This document shows, in pieces, positions 1-14,309 of a stretch of 64,000 nucleotides of DNA (its first letter is position 1; each line of letters begins with the position of its first letter). A model generated the notes under the pieces. That model was not told the origin of the DNA and searched no databases. It saw nothing but the letters and a program-made list of their open reading frames with translations. This stretch comes from Orbicella franksi. Lineage: Eukaryota. The stretch lies in assembly GCA_964199315.1 (NCBI GenBank), contig OZ116703.1, forward strand, positions 3,906,001-3,970,000, in the 5' to 3' direction. The position numbers were made by a program, and so were the translations under genes.

Positions 1-73
1 AGCTGGAAACGTTCAATATAACTTAAGAGTTTTTTGAAGGCTTACGTCTTTTGCGTCAGCCCTTCATTTTCAG

Positions 74-2265
74 CTCTGTCAGCTTCACGGTCCGAGCTGA
101 GGGCAAACTTGAAAGTGTTCGTTAAAACCAAAGCAATGGTAGCTGATTATTTTCTTCTAAAACCCAGTATGAGTTCTTTTTCAAACCGACATTCTAATAT
201 CTGGATATTAAACCGTATTAAAACCGTAACAAATGTAAAGCAACTGGTGCTTTCCATTGTGCGTCATTATAAAGCTTCCTCCCACAAAGAAGTGCTTCCT
301 ACAAGTTTTAGCGCCAATACAAGGATTTGCTTTGGAGATAAGGCTTAAGAAATTTCGACAACTCTTTATTTTCAGCCATACGTCTATTTTTAATCTCTCA
401 AATACGAAAGTAACTTTGAAATGGTAGGAAAAAACGTCGCTCGAAAGATAAAAGTGATGATGTTACTGGAAACGTTGTCTTTCCCTCAGCTGTGTGTTAC
501 GTAACATGCCGGTCGTTTTAAACATGGCGTTGGCATAATGTGAACTGCAATTTACTAAATATTACTTCTCTAATAGCACGGAAATGGCAGGTGCTATATA
601 TTTAAGGCTTGAGCAGATGCTATTTTTCCAAAGTATAAACGTAAAGTGAATATCCGTCAATTTTCTGTATTGTTAACTGATAAAACTTGTCGGCAGTTAT
701 ACGTTTTGCCGTTATATTTCCCCGTGGTGCCGGAGTGACACTCAGTTAATATATTTTACTATTTTTCATAGGATTTCTGCCTTGAAAGTCTAAATTTCTC
801 CGCCTTCAACTTTTTCTTATTAAATGAGAGTGGTTCTAGTGAACAACATCACATATGGTAACTTTCAGACAATGAAATTTAATGTGTCGTTGATTTATAA
901 TCGTTGTGTCGAGATTTCTTGCACGACGAACAACTGGGAATGTACTTCCAGGATAAAAAGACTGTTAAGTTTCAGTACGCTAAGTAAAATATTGAGAGTA
1001 ATATATGGGTATAGTTTTAAATCGTCAAATTTAAGGGTTGGCAAGAGCCCCCAAAACCAACATCTTGAATTTCGCGATTAAAAATGCTCTCAGATCACCC
1101 CCTCAATTTTGCTCCGAAAGTGTTAAAATGTTGCGGTGACAATAATTTTAACATGTCCTTTACATTCTGTAAAAGGATTCTGCTTGAGTGCTCGCACTTT
1201 TAGGATGCCCCTGACGTCATCATACACGTGCTCAATTCATGATTTTTACGTTTTTTCTCGTTTCAGGAAATGCCTCCAGGCATGCGAATACTGCTCACTT
1301 TCATCCAGGATAACCGGCTTCGCCTGGTTGACTGGTTCAACCAGTTTGACAAGGATCACAGTGGCGGGATATCCCGCGAGGAATTCAAAACGGGTCTTAA
1401 AGAAACCGGGCTTGTAATGACACAGGTACATGTATATTACTACATTTGCTATTTCCTTTGGATTTTGTTGTTGTTTTTGTTGTTGTCGTGGATGTCGTTG
1501 ATGGTGCTGTTTCTTCATTCATGACCGTTTCTTTTCCTTTTTCAATTCAGCGTCAACTTGATCGTTTAATGGACTTCATAGACATCAATGACGATGGCGA
1601 AATAGAATTCAGGTAAAGGTTTTAGTTTTTTAAAAGATGCAACCAAAAACTTAAGTCAAGGCTTTGCGACATGCTAGCGACTTGTTGAATTCTCATCGCC
1701 AAACTTGAAACCCCGCTTCAAAATTCAAATTTGTTCTGCAAGTTAAGGTGTCCTTTTTCAATTTGAAAGTGTGGTTTTCAATTTGGCAAGGTGAAAGTTC
1801 TCTACACCTGCTATGATAGGCGGCTTTAATGGAGTTTGTTTTTCTCTCCCTCTCTGGCACAGAAGTGGTATTGTCTCAGTTTATGCCAGAAAAATGACAA
1901 CAAAACTTGTCAACGCTCAATCGGAACTTGGCCGAGAAAATTTGAATTGAATTTACAAGTTGCTCCGGCAAACTGCCAGTCATAACTGAAACATTGTGTC
2001 ATACTTTTTGCAAAGAACGTAAATTTAGCCGAAAATGGACTTATTCCAACGGCTGAAAAGGCCACGAATTCTTGTTGCGACCCTAGTTCTCAGCTGTTTC
2101 TAACGATATGTCTCTTCTCACACTCGCAGTGAACTTATACGAGGACGTGAAATCACCATACAGGAGATACGCCAAGAGAAGAAAATTGAAGAAAGACAAA
2201 GAAAGTTTGACGAGCAACGCATGCGCCTGCCTAAACTGGAAGGCTACGATTACGACCTTATGTAA
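74..2265 (+). CDS. 3' part of an EF-hand calcium-binding protein gene (5' exons lie before the window)
   Basis: Exons 1267-1425, 1551-1612 and 2130-2265 have AG/GT boundaries and compatible phases (0, then 2). They read EMPPGMRILLTFIQDNRLRLVDWFNQFDKDHSGGISREEFKTGLKETGLVMTQ|RQLDRLMDFIDINDDGEIEF|SELIRG...YDYDLM* and contain two canonical EF loops (DKDHSGGISREE, DINDDGEIEFSE). A further upstream exon at 74-138 is phase-compatible but less certain. Confidence 0.85.
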
Positions 2266-5045
2266 AGACGGGAGACTGGGACAGAGAAAGCGTGCACGCG
2301 TGAAGGAACTGGGCACGAAACATATCCGTGTTGTTGGAGTGTTGATGAGTGAAGCTTTGCTGACAATTAATTAAGTAACACATTTGGAATAAATATTATG
2401 GTAACTCTTGTTTCGGTTACCTAGAGAAGAATAATTTCGGAACTAAAATATAGTTCTCCTCGAGATGGCAACTATACAGTTGCTAAAATCGCCATGGTCA
2501 TTAACATCTTTATTGCATGTTCATCACGAACATACAAGAAAATTTCTAAGTGTGAATAGTGTGACACTGCCCTTGATTTTTCTTTTCGATTTTTCTGTAC
2601 GAATCACTGCGTTTTTAGGTCGCCTAAAACCTGCAAATATGATCGTTTGTCATGAAGGCAGTTTCCGAATGCTGTTGAATTCAGTTTGCTGGTTTTTGTT
2701 TTTTCGTGGTACTTTTGTAGCCGTTTAATTTATCACAGATGTAATATATATCAGTGCTTTTGCACGTCAGACTAGCAGAGTAAGTTATTTGTACAGTAGG
2801 AAATCTTCTGGCGTATTATTTTGGCGTGGACTTTATATGTAAGTGAAAACATTTCATTGAAAAAAGTGACGATAAAAAAATAAAATCAATCGCACAAGCG
2901 ATTGACCTGTTCACTGTATTGTGATGATTATTCGCTCTTTTAGTCATTGATACTTGTTTGTAATTAAAAAAATTAACATGGCACTCGTGTTTACAACCTG
3001 GAAAGTTTGAGGCAAGTATTTGGGAAAATTGGAAAATTCGAAACTTATGTGAATTTTATTTGGGATGCAGGCAAGGGGTTACCATAAGCACTTTCGAACT
3101 CTTCCACAGTTTCTCGATTATTTTACGCTTGTATACATTTCTTTTTTGATAAAATAAAGCGACCCAATAAAATGCAATGATGCATGTACCCATCATAGCC
3201 CCTTCATAACCTTGACCGTGTTTATAGCCCATTTTAGAGCGATTGGACTACCAATCGGAGCGAGCGTTATATAATCCAATCAGAGTGCCTGTTATATGGA
3301 AAATACAAACGTGCATTTCTCTTCTCTTCTCGTCTGTTTCTGTTCTCTGTTTCACTCTCTCTGCGGGGGGAAGCGGGGAATGATGAATTCTCTCAGATCC
3401 TGTCACGGTTTAATAAAAGCGGAATAAAATACTCCCGGTCCTAAGGTCTAAAGGATGCGATCTGCTTGAAAAAACCTCTTCGTCATTAGCACGTCAACTT
3501 GTATTGGCCTCTAACCCGGATTATGCGAGACTCCCTTAAATCCACCGAATTAAAAATTACCGAGCAAATTTGAGGACCTTGCAAGTTAGACGGGCCCCTT
3601 TGGAGTTAATAAGTTTCATTGAAGCTATAGGGATTGCTGAGCATATGTAGTTTAATTAAACTTAAGGTACAGGTTTTTGATTTGTAAAAAGTAACCGGCC
3701 CGAGCTAATGAATGTAGAGTGGTTGTTAAGGGCCGTGTATTGTTGAGTCACTCAAGCTTCGCGGGAACGTAATTAATTGACGTCAGTTTCCTCAGGTCAC
3801 GCTACGCTTATTGCACGCAACATTTTCAGTTTCTTGGCCATGACTCAGCGAAAGTCTATTCAGCGCAGTTAGTTATGCCTGTCAATGACCGTGTCGATGT
3901 ATTGAGACTTTTAAAAGATTGCGTGACCATTATACTATACTGACCAGAGCCGAATGACACAGTACACGTTTTTTTCCCGTCAAGTTAAGGAAGTGACTTT
4001 TCATTTTAATCACTGTGGTGGCATTGTGACGTACGGTCCTTGCAGAAGCAACAATTTCCCTTTAAATCAAAACACAGGATGATGTGTTGCCGTGGTTTCA
4101 TCCGTTTCGCCTTAAACTATGACGTTATTATCCAAAGAACTCCAATTGTTAGAGAAGACGTCGTTTTTCTTCCTCTTAACTAAACAACGGGAATTTCTAA
4201 ATTATAACATGAAAGAAATTTAGTAGAGGCAAGAAATGATTTCACAGTTCAAGTAGCAAAAAATATTCATTCAGATGCAAATTCAACTGAGCTATTTTAA
4301 GTATCCAGAAGAAATAAGAAGTAAACGCTGAAAAAAATATATCTAAAAAGATTCGATAAGACATCAGTTTTAGATCCGTAAACATACAGGTGAAAATGAA
4401 ATATATCACTGAAAAGCTAACAAAATGCCAAATGTAATGAAATGGTTATCTTTCATGGAACGATCCGCTGATATTTTGCATAGATTTGAACTAGCTTGGC
4501 TTAAAATACAAACAAACCAGAAAAGAAATTGTCCATAATTGTAGATTTCCTTCAGATAAGTATAATTTCAGGACAGTATCATGAGTATTGAAGAAAAAAT
4601 AAAGAAAATATATTTATTGACCAAAAACGCTGGACTAGATTAATATCAACGGCAATAATACGGCGTTAGTTAAAAAGCACAAAATCAAATACGACCCAAA
4701 TACCTGTGCCTCAAAATCTAAAACCAGAGAACTCATGTTAAAAGTACAGCATTCCCAAAGACCTGTAAGTGTCTTCAAGAGGCTCGCCTGACAAACATGT
4801 TTAAACTTCAATGTTACATTTCTAAACAATGAATATTTAATCTGTCGTTCATGCATTTCATTTCTTACGCAAATTTTTCGTATGCAAAAACACACTGTTG
4901 TTTAGTTTACACAAATTACCCAAAGGACAAAGAGACAATTACATATTTTTTGCGTGACACTGAGATCTGATTGGTTTAACTTCTTGAATGACATCTACAA
5001 AGGTGGGCAGCTTTACAGGACTTTGCCGAAAAGGCGAAAACGTTA

Positions 5046-5102
5046 ATGGCGGAGGTCCCAGAATTAGGGAAGCGCTTGTTTGGAGGTTTTATTGCTTCTT
5101 GA
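5046..5102 (+). promoter_or_regulatory. Candidate 18-codon upstream ORF ahead of the SLC4 start codon
   Basis: TTAATGG start context and MAEVPELGKRLFGGFIAS*, ending 54 nt before the proposed SLC4 ATG at 5157. Whether it is transcribed is unknown. Confidence 0.3.
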
Positions 5103-5156
5103 ATTTAATGAACCAAACCGTCTTTCTGAGAGGTTCGTGTCATATTCTGTAGTGCT

Positions 5157-8100
5157 ATGGCGACAGAATATAGGCCCCGAATGGTAAGTTGTTTATCAGA
5201 TTTCCAACTGTGACTCGGCCAGGAATGTTGGTTTCACTGATTCTTCTTCGATTCCCACGTTGTGATCTTTGATCTGCCTGGATAGGAGCCTAACAGTTGT
5301 TTCCAAGCTTTCCTATCCCTCGCTTTTTACATTAGGTTGAAAGATATTACTTAAGAGATCTAATAAAAGCTTTCCGAAGGTTATATTGCTACGACGTTCT
5401 GTTGCCGGTTTCTGCAGTTAGTCAGATTTAGTTGATTGTGCTCTTCAGCTAACAGACGTGTATTCTGTTGTATGCCGTTTTCGTTTCAGGGCACAAAGAG
5501 TGAAGATGTGGCCGTCGACCCTCATACGATGGATTTTTATCAATCGCAAACTGAAGATATAGATATTCAAGGTAACCTACGTACACAACAGCAGCTTTTA
5601 GACTTTGAGAATCACTTTGAAGCGATGTCGTCTGCGAGTGGGAATATTGTTGACATCGCTCTGCCGGCTAATATAGGGACTTGTTCGAGTAGGTTGGTCA
5701 AAACCCCCTTTTGTAAGATTCCCATTGATCACTGCGGCAAATATAAGCTTACAACATTATTTTTGTTTTTCGGTAAGCCGATTTAAGAAATAAGCACGAC
5801 TACAAAGCGAGAAACTATCGATATTGATGTTGTAAAATTACAAACAACGAAAAGCGACCGCTAAAGAAATTCATTGTTGTGTAATCCCGTTCATTGCATG
5901 ACAAGGTACACGAATTTCTATCGCACAACCTCTCTCTGAACACTCTTAAATCTTGTGGCGACTGCCTTCTGAGCCAAGAGTCTTCAAGGTCGTTAAGCCT
6001 GATAGTGATTGAGAACTGAGACATGTCGAATCGTCGATCGGCACGGATATAATCTGGAGCATGTTGGATGAAGTTTGATTTCCCATCAGGTTCTTTAGAA
6101 AGATCTTAATGACCTCCCTGCCTTTCCCACAAACCTTGTTATTAAAACCGTCGAAGTAAACTCAAGTTTTGAGCCGGTTCCCGGGCATTGAGGAGCCGGG
6201 TTAATATTGGTCCTGTATTTTATAGCCGAGTGATAAACGAGATATTTCGCAGCTGTACTCCAGTATTGCACATAAAATTCGTGACGTCAAGTTTTCAACC
6301 AAGGGTCATCTATATAAACTGCCATGAGTTTTTATACCTTTCCTATATAAGCTTAAAACATCACAAGACATCCCGATACAGGAGAGATCCTTTGTTCTCT
6401 CTCATCAAATGGCACTGCACTAGCCATTTGAACTAATTACATTGTTTTGAACATTTATTTATGACTTGGTTGTCATATAATTGATATTTCATTTTAGTAT
6501 GGAATATTGTGGTTGCAAACAGCCGGTGTTTTCTGTTAAGTTCGTTTTAATCTTATGACATTCTTCAAAAGTATAATTCTATTATCTAACACTTCAAGCT
6601 AGGCAGGGCAATTTTTTTAAAAACAAAGTACAGCTCGAAAATTTAATAAAACTTCCAAATATTTTTCCTGTCTTAATAGTATGGTATATTCCAAATTAGC
6701 TACAAAAAAAAAATAGTCATCTGTACAAAGTACATTCGCATTATATTATATATGCTGCTAATTTCAAGGGATAATTTAAAGTTTGTTAAAGTTTTGAGAG
6801 TTTTGAATATTCAATAGCATATAGTTTATTTCATGGCGTGACATTCCACAGAAAACTTTCTTTAATACATTTGGGTCGGAGAGCAAATCTTTTCTTTCGT
6901 CACTCCTTATATCTTAGATTCCTAGAAAAACACAATGTTTTGTATGGTTGATTTAGAGAGGGTGTATATCGTATGTAAAACTTTGGAAATTGATGGGGTC
7001 GAAGGTAATGCGTTTGTTTCGTGCCACCTGCGAGTCACAGACGCGTATATAGCGACAACACTTGATGTTCACGTGCAACAGTTTCGTCAACAGTAGAATT
7101 TGGCTCAAATTTTCTGTCAGTTAAAAGAGGAAACGGCGTAGAACATCGATATACCTTCACTGAATGCACCAATGGGCTTTCGCTGCAAGATTTCCGCTTT
7201 CAAATGCCAAAATCTACAATTATTTGCAAGAGTAAATTGGATATAAACCCTTGATACAAATATCGAAGTGCTAGTGCCAGTCTACCTGAGCGCTGAATAA
7301 AAACACGACGCGCACGCAACCGAGGTCCACACAGAAAAGCGTGAGGGCGAAACATGGAGATCAGACAACCGGTGAATAGCAAAAAAAAAATTTGTGATCA
7401 AGCTGTTTGGGTGAAAAATTATAACTTTCGTTATTTCTTCTAGAGCTACGATGAAATCCCTGGGCCCCTGGATAAAGGAGTGTCTATCACAAAGGGTTAC
7501 TTTGGAGAACTCGACTATCAAAGTACGCATGAATACGAACAGTAGTGTTTTGCCCGGAACCGGCGCGCGCGACGTACAGCACACTTTATATCGACGAGGT
7601 TTTCTTTGTCATCACGTGTTGATTTTCAACAAAGTCATGCCCGTTTATTTTGCTTTCTTCTTCTAGATCATCGGCAGTTTTATGTAGGAGTTCATATTCC
7701 TCTGCGACCGAGAAAACACCATCACCATCAACGACATCACCATCACCGGCGAAGACATAGATCCCTCACACTCGATTCTACCGAGTCAGGTGAGAAATTG
7801 TGTTTACACTTGCTGGTTATTTCTGTAAAGGTTATGTATATAAGACATACATTATGTTTTTTTTTATCTCATGGGGGATTTTTCGTTTCCTTTGTGGTTG
7901 AAGGAGGAAGGTTTGGGAGAAATGAAAATTCTTTTAAGCGAAGTGTGTTTATATTATAGAGTAAATGTGAGTAGCAAGGCCGGGCGAATTTGCTTCTACC
8001 GCTGTAACGCGGAGCGTGGAACTTTTATTAAACTGTATGGATCGACATGACTAAACCTTTAAAGTGTTGTACGAATAAATTAGAATCTTTCCATTGTCAC

Positions 8101-11100
8101 AAGCTTTTTTATCTCGTGTTACTTGTCAATAATCCTCTTCAATACCGGTAACTTGTTCATCGAACATTACGAAACTGACTTGATTTCTTCAGGTTTCACA
8201 TTTCTTTATGTCACATGTTACAACTTATATTGCTGAGGGAAAGAAGCTGATTTCTGTGCTCCTTGGTTAAAACGCTTCAGTCTCATATTGTAGATTTTTT
8301 TGAAGCCCAAAATATCAATCGCATTGACTAGCAATGATTTCGTTATCATCTTGAAGTTTCATTAAGTGAAGCATGTGCGTAATATAAAGTCCCCATTACA
8401 TCGTTGTTGTTAACTTATATACGATTCACCTCAATCAAGTGCGTCTGACGTTTGAAGAACTTTTATCTACCATGTGGAAACTCAAATACTGAAAATTATT
8501 TTTGTATTGTGAAGTGGCCAATGTTCACAAGTATCAACCACGCACAAAATTGCTCTCGTATATGTACAGCAAAAACGTGCGATAATAAATTTTGTTTTGT
8601 GGGCACGTTAGTTTTTCTTTGAACAACTTCTTTCAAGAATTTCTTCACCTGAGGTTTTTAATAAAATTGCATATATTTTGTACATGCTGAATTTGCTTTC
8701 AAGGTAACCTGTCGTTTGGTAAACAGTACATGTACTTGTACAGCTCTGAATGAATTTTTGGAGCACGCAGTTTAAATATATGGTTGAGTTGCTCTACTCA
8801 AAGGGTAGTTGTTGTAATCGAGTTTTGTTTTTCCCGGTGTTCAACCTCACAGCAGGCCATTAGGCACAATCTATCATTGTTTGAGAATTCCTTCCTTGAA
8901 ACTGATTGTGCTTTTCCGTTCTATGACCAAGTAATTGTTGTTTCACTGTAGTTACATAATAACCAATCTAAAATGTACCTATCTTGTTGCTACAAATTGT
9001 AGCACGAAAAATTTTCTCCAGGGGCTATAGTTAATTGATTGGAATAATTAACGCGTTGTTTTCAATTAACAATTAACTCTGCCTGAAAGAAGGCATAATA
9101 ATGCAGTTTTGAGGCAATCTTACCTACCTTATATTTTCTGGGTTGTTCTTACAATGTGTTGGAAACTAGTTGAATGACTTCTACAACTAGATACTGGTAT
9201 TTTCTTAGTTTGTTTTTGTAGATCTCTACATGGGGTTTATTCTTAAATTTGTTTGTAATTTTCGTTAAAATGTACAAACCGACTGTGTTAATTTAAGCCA
9301 ACCATCCTGCTTGTAAATACCCTGTTTCCCTTTATTTGATTAAAAACCACTTTATAATTAATAATGATTGCTTCTGGTGTTCAGCTTTTAATTGTTAATA
9401 ACTGTTAATAAAAGGCAGTGATGATCAGTTCAAATACGTTTGTGATCTTCTCACTCCTTACACTCCGTCTCGTCAGCTACGTTCATCTTCTAAAGAACTT
9501 CTTTCCATTCCGCACTTCAATTTGAAAACATATGGCGCAAGATCTTTCTCTGTAGCAGCTCCTACACTCTGGAACACTCTTCCGTCTGACATCAAGAACA
9601 GCTCCTCAGTGTCCCTTTTTAAACATAAACTAAAAACGTTCCTTTTTAAGAAAGCATTTTTATAACTCTTTAGCGACATTTTTTTTTTATTTTTACTTTA
9701 TTAGTCTTAAGTGTTTTTAATATTTCTAACTGTAAAGCGCTTTTGAACTTTTAGGATATTGGCGCTATATAAATATTTTATTATTATTATTATTATTATA
9801 GACATGAATTCTGGATCACAATCCAGATCTTTGGAGGACTGAGGAAAAGACAGGACGTTTTTGATTTTAGCCTGCAATATAGGTGTATTTTGGGTGAACA
9901 TGGACCAAATATATCAGTGGTTATTTGATGGTCAGCATTGTGGTCTCTAGATTGAGGTGTCTGGGTCAAAATTCTGACCAGGGTCATTGTGTTTATGTTA
10001 TGCTTTCAAGAAAGACTCTTGACCTTCATACAGGGGTATACATTGGTGCTGCAGCAACTAAGAGGGATATGACCGGCAATGGAAAAGTTCATGTATCTGA
10101 TCCAAATTTTTATGGGAGAGGCAAAACTTAACTGCTTCATGCTAAATAACCCAGAGTCATGCGTGAACCTGTCTAACAACTAGGCTCCAAAAAGTCTTTC
10201 CTTTCCATTATTATTGTGGGACAGTGGAACCATGTATTGCGGTCACACCGTTATGCGGCCACTTTATTCTGGCCTGGACAAAAGCTTTGTCAGTCATTTT
10301 CTTGTTTAAAGAACTCCTTGAATATAACCAGACTTTTGTGGCCTGTTGACGACTAGATTAATGGGGTTCCACTGTACCAAATAATTCAATATGCTTGTTT
10401 TCCAGATACCGCAACATCCTCATTGCCGATAGACAAAGTACGCTTTATTCTTGGTGGTGAAGAAAATGAACAGGAACAACACAAGATGTTCACGGAGTTG
10501 GCAACATATCAATGCGACAAAGATGGAAATGAGGAGTGGAGGGAAATGGCACGGTGGCTGAAATTTGAAGAGGCTGTCGAAGAAGGTGGAGATCGCTGGA
10601 GTAAACCGCATGTCGGTACTCTGTCTCTCTATAGCCTGTTTGAGTTGAGAAGTGCCCTTCTACGTGGAACAGTTCTGTTGGACATGAACGCAAGCAATTT
10701 ACCTCAGATTGCAGGTTAGTATCTGATAGAATAACCTTTTACCCATTCTCATAATGGATTGAAGCAACTTGCGTGTTATTTTCCATTTGAGTTATTTGAA
10801 ACTTTTGATTTCAAAGAGTGATTAAAGGAGCTACATCACAGTTCCTGTGTCTTGAAAAGTATATCTTAAATTTTTCAAGTTCATCACTTGTAATCCATGT
10901 CAGTCTTCTACATCCTTGATCATCCTTGTTTCTTTATGGTTTATTAGTATCTTTGTAATGTTTCCCTATCTTAGTATACTATTATTTTCACACTGGAGGG
11001 TTTCCATCAATTTGAAGGTAATTCTGTACATAGCAAAAATAACTCAAAATGCCATGATTGAGTCTCTTTAGGGTCTAATGTATTTGTAATGACTCTTCTT

Positions 11101-14100
11101 CTTCTCTAAGATCTTGTCCTTGATGACATGGTGAATAAAAATTACGTGGAACAAGATAACAGACAGAGAGCTCGCGAAGTACTCTTGAAGAAGCATCGTC
11201 ACCAGGGGGTGAAATCCTCGAAAAAGAAAAGTTCTACCATGAGCAGCTTTGGATCATTTGCAAAGAAAGCCTCATCAGCAGGTCTTAGTGAAATGTTAAA
11301 ACGTTCAGACTCCTCGCAAAAGACAACAGCTCCTAAAACCTTGGAGGTAGTGGCAGAAGATCACAATGGTGGAGAATTCCCTCATTTGCCATCAGCTGCA
11401 GATTTAGTGGGAAAAGAGAAGGAGAGTGGACAGAATGGTGATGTGAAGCAATCAGAATCAGATACTGGCCTAGAAACGGTAACTCAAGCTGCAGTCTTAT
11501 CGTTCATTATCATACTTCATTGATTGTTGCTCAGCTTGTACTAATTAAAATTCAAAATGTTCAAAACAGAAGAGAACAGCTGGTGCAAAACGGCTTGTGG
11601 TTGCCTTGATGCTTTGATCAGGCTGTGATTAATATTAGCAAAATTTTGCCATTTGCTTTTCTTTGCTTATGACTGAGTGGTTAATTATTGTAGGCATGTA
11701 TACTCTCCACCCAATGAATTTCAGTAAGAAACATAAATCTACTAGTGAACTAAAATTTTAGCATTGAGAATGTGCACACAGAATGAAACCTAAAACAAGA
11801 ATTATCTTGAAAGATGTTCTGGTATATCATTAACCGTGAAATCCTGGTTTTATTAAAAACTGCCGACTGGGATAGTTTACCACCCTGTTTGTGCTATATC
11901 TAATGCCTTTTTCTGTCATCTACGATGGTTTCTATTTGTAGCATTTCTTGCAAATTTATCTCTTTACTTAAAACTTTTAACCACCATGCAAGCAATTGAA
12001 AACATTGAATATTTTGTGTTCTGAATGTTGCATGAAGTTCCTATTGAATGAAGTTTTTAAATTATGGTGATACTAAAAGTACAATAACTTCATTTTGCAT
12101 TTGATCTAAATGCAAGATTCTCATTTCAGTTTGATGCCAACTTCATGAAGAAGATTCCTCCTGGAGCAGAAGCATCCAATGTCCTTGTTGGAGAGTTAGA
12201 TTTCTTGAAGAAACCAGTGACTGCATTTGTGCGTCTGGAGAATGCTTCTCTTCTGGGTGACCTTACTGAAGTGCCAGTACCCACACGGTTTATCTTTTTC
12301 ATGTTAGGACCTCCTGGCACTCCAGGACGGTACTATGAAGTCGGACGTGCCATAGCAACACTGATGTCTGATGAGGTAAGTGTTTGTTAAATTCATGTTG
12401 GTAGATCATCCTGTTTACAGAACACAGGTCAACATTCAAGGCTTACATGTTAGGGTAATGCTTAGAAGAGTGATAAAAATAATGTATTTTGTTGCAAGCA
12501 TTGTACATTATTTTGCCATTTGGTATGACATGACCTACTGTCTAAAGGAGAAGTCCTCTTCTGAGAGGTATTCAGTTCAATTCTTTTGTTTTAATATTGC
12601 TTAAGTACGGTAACTGACATGTTGTTTATGTGATAGGTTTTTCATCAAGTTGCTTACAAGGCTCACTGCCGTGAAGACTTGTTGGCTGGAATCGATGAGT
12701 TCCTAATGCAGGTATGTTTTTTGCCCTTTGTAGTCTTAATCGATCTAACTCAACTTGTAAGAGCGTAGGACTTTGGACTGTTTGTTGGTTGTTTGTTTGT
12801 TTGTTTGTTTGTTTTTTCTTGTTTTGCATTTAGTTTGAAAATTTAATAATATTTGCAAAATGTGTCAAAGAATTTATTGAAGAGCAATAATATTGTTCTT
12901 ACACTTGCAAGGCAGCTTAGGCATTTAAAATTGGGAAATCTACTGAAGGTCTGAGCAAGTTCTGGAAAATTCTTCATGTAAAAGGGTTTGACTTTTATAC
13001 TCTTACAATTTTATTTAAATTGTTTTTCAGGTGACGGTGTTGCCGCCTGGTGAATGGGATCCCTCTATCCGTATTGAACCCCCTGATGTGATACCTGAAC
13101 AGGGTAAACGGCTTGAGTCAGCTAAATCTGCAGGTAATGGAGATGAAGAAGAGCATGACCCTGCGGGCGACAGAGAAGAACAGCTTCAGAAGACAGGAAG
13201 GTTAGAGGAAAAAAAAAAGTTAGATAGTAATATGAGTGCATAATGACGGAATGAAATGTTCTGACAGTTACAGTTTGCCAAGAAGCTCTTAGGTTCCTTG
13301 AACTCGCAGGCTTGTTGTACTTACATGACTTTGTATGATGGAAATGTTTACAGTGTTTTTTACATCAGTTGTGTTTTATTTGGCTAAAACTTTGTTTTAC
13401 GATGTCTTCCAATTAGTTAACTGCTGAAAAGAAATTCTCCCGTTGTGGAGAAAAGTGTTGAGGATGGCTCAAACAATAACTGTGACTAGTCATCTAGCTG
13501 TTATCCAAAGTAATTGTCATCATTCCTTCTTGTTACACCATGGGGTACATAAGCCTTGCCCAAAGTAATGGTGCAGTACAAATAATTATTAATAACTACC
13601 CGATAGGTTGTGTGGAGGTCTTCTTGCTGATATCAGGCGCCGAGCTCCTTGGTACTGGAGTGATTTTAAGGATGCCCTCAACCCTCAGTGCATTGCGTCA
13701 ATCATCTTTATCTACTTTGCTTGTCTCACACCAATCATTACATTTGGAGGGTTAATGGGAACAAAGACAGGGAAGAATATGGTAATTTGAGTTTTTTGAA
13801 CCTCAGTATGTTAATATAATCAACAATTATTCCTCAAGCATGTGTTGGATATAAAATTGTAGATGGCTTTATTCATCTCATGTCAAACAAGCGTGAGTGG
13901 AATAAAAATTATCTCCAAAATAAAGAAAGCTAGACTAAAATAAAAATAAAAATGCCCCCAAAAATCATGTGTACACCTACCATATTTGTGGCACATGGCA
14001 TAATGGCTTATAACCCATGATGGCTAAGCCAATGAAAGCTCTTGAATTGCATTATCCAATGATCCAGGGTTTAATAGTAATTATTGTCATAGTGGAGCCC

Positions 14101-14277
14101 CCTATAGGAAATACTGTTAATGGTACAAAAGTTCTGAAGACAATAACTCTCCAATAATGTCATGGCTGTTAGCATTAGTCCCAGAAATCCTGATGCTCTG
14201 AAATAAAGCAATTTCAAGCTTAACTTGACTTGTTAACAGATATTTACAGCAAGTTGAACCAAACCTACTGATTTCAT

Positions 14278-14309
<32 letters not shown>

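Noticed and set aside
34-348. 104-aa ORF as a stand-alone gene
   Set aside because: Only 74-138 looks like a spliced exon of the EF-hand gene. The rest is intron-like and the ORF has no real ATG at its listed start.
5070-5096. uORF peptide GKRLFGGFIA resembles the SLC4 motif GRL(F/C)GGL
   Set aside because: The match is too short and has no flanking similarity, so it is treated as coincidence.
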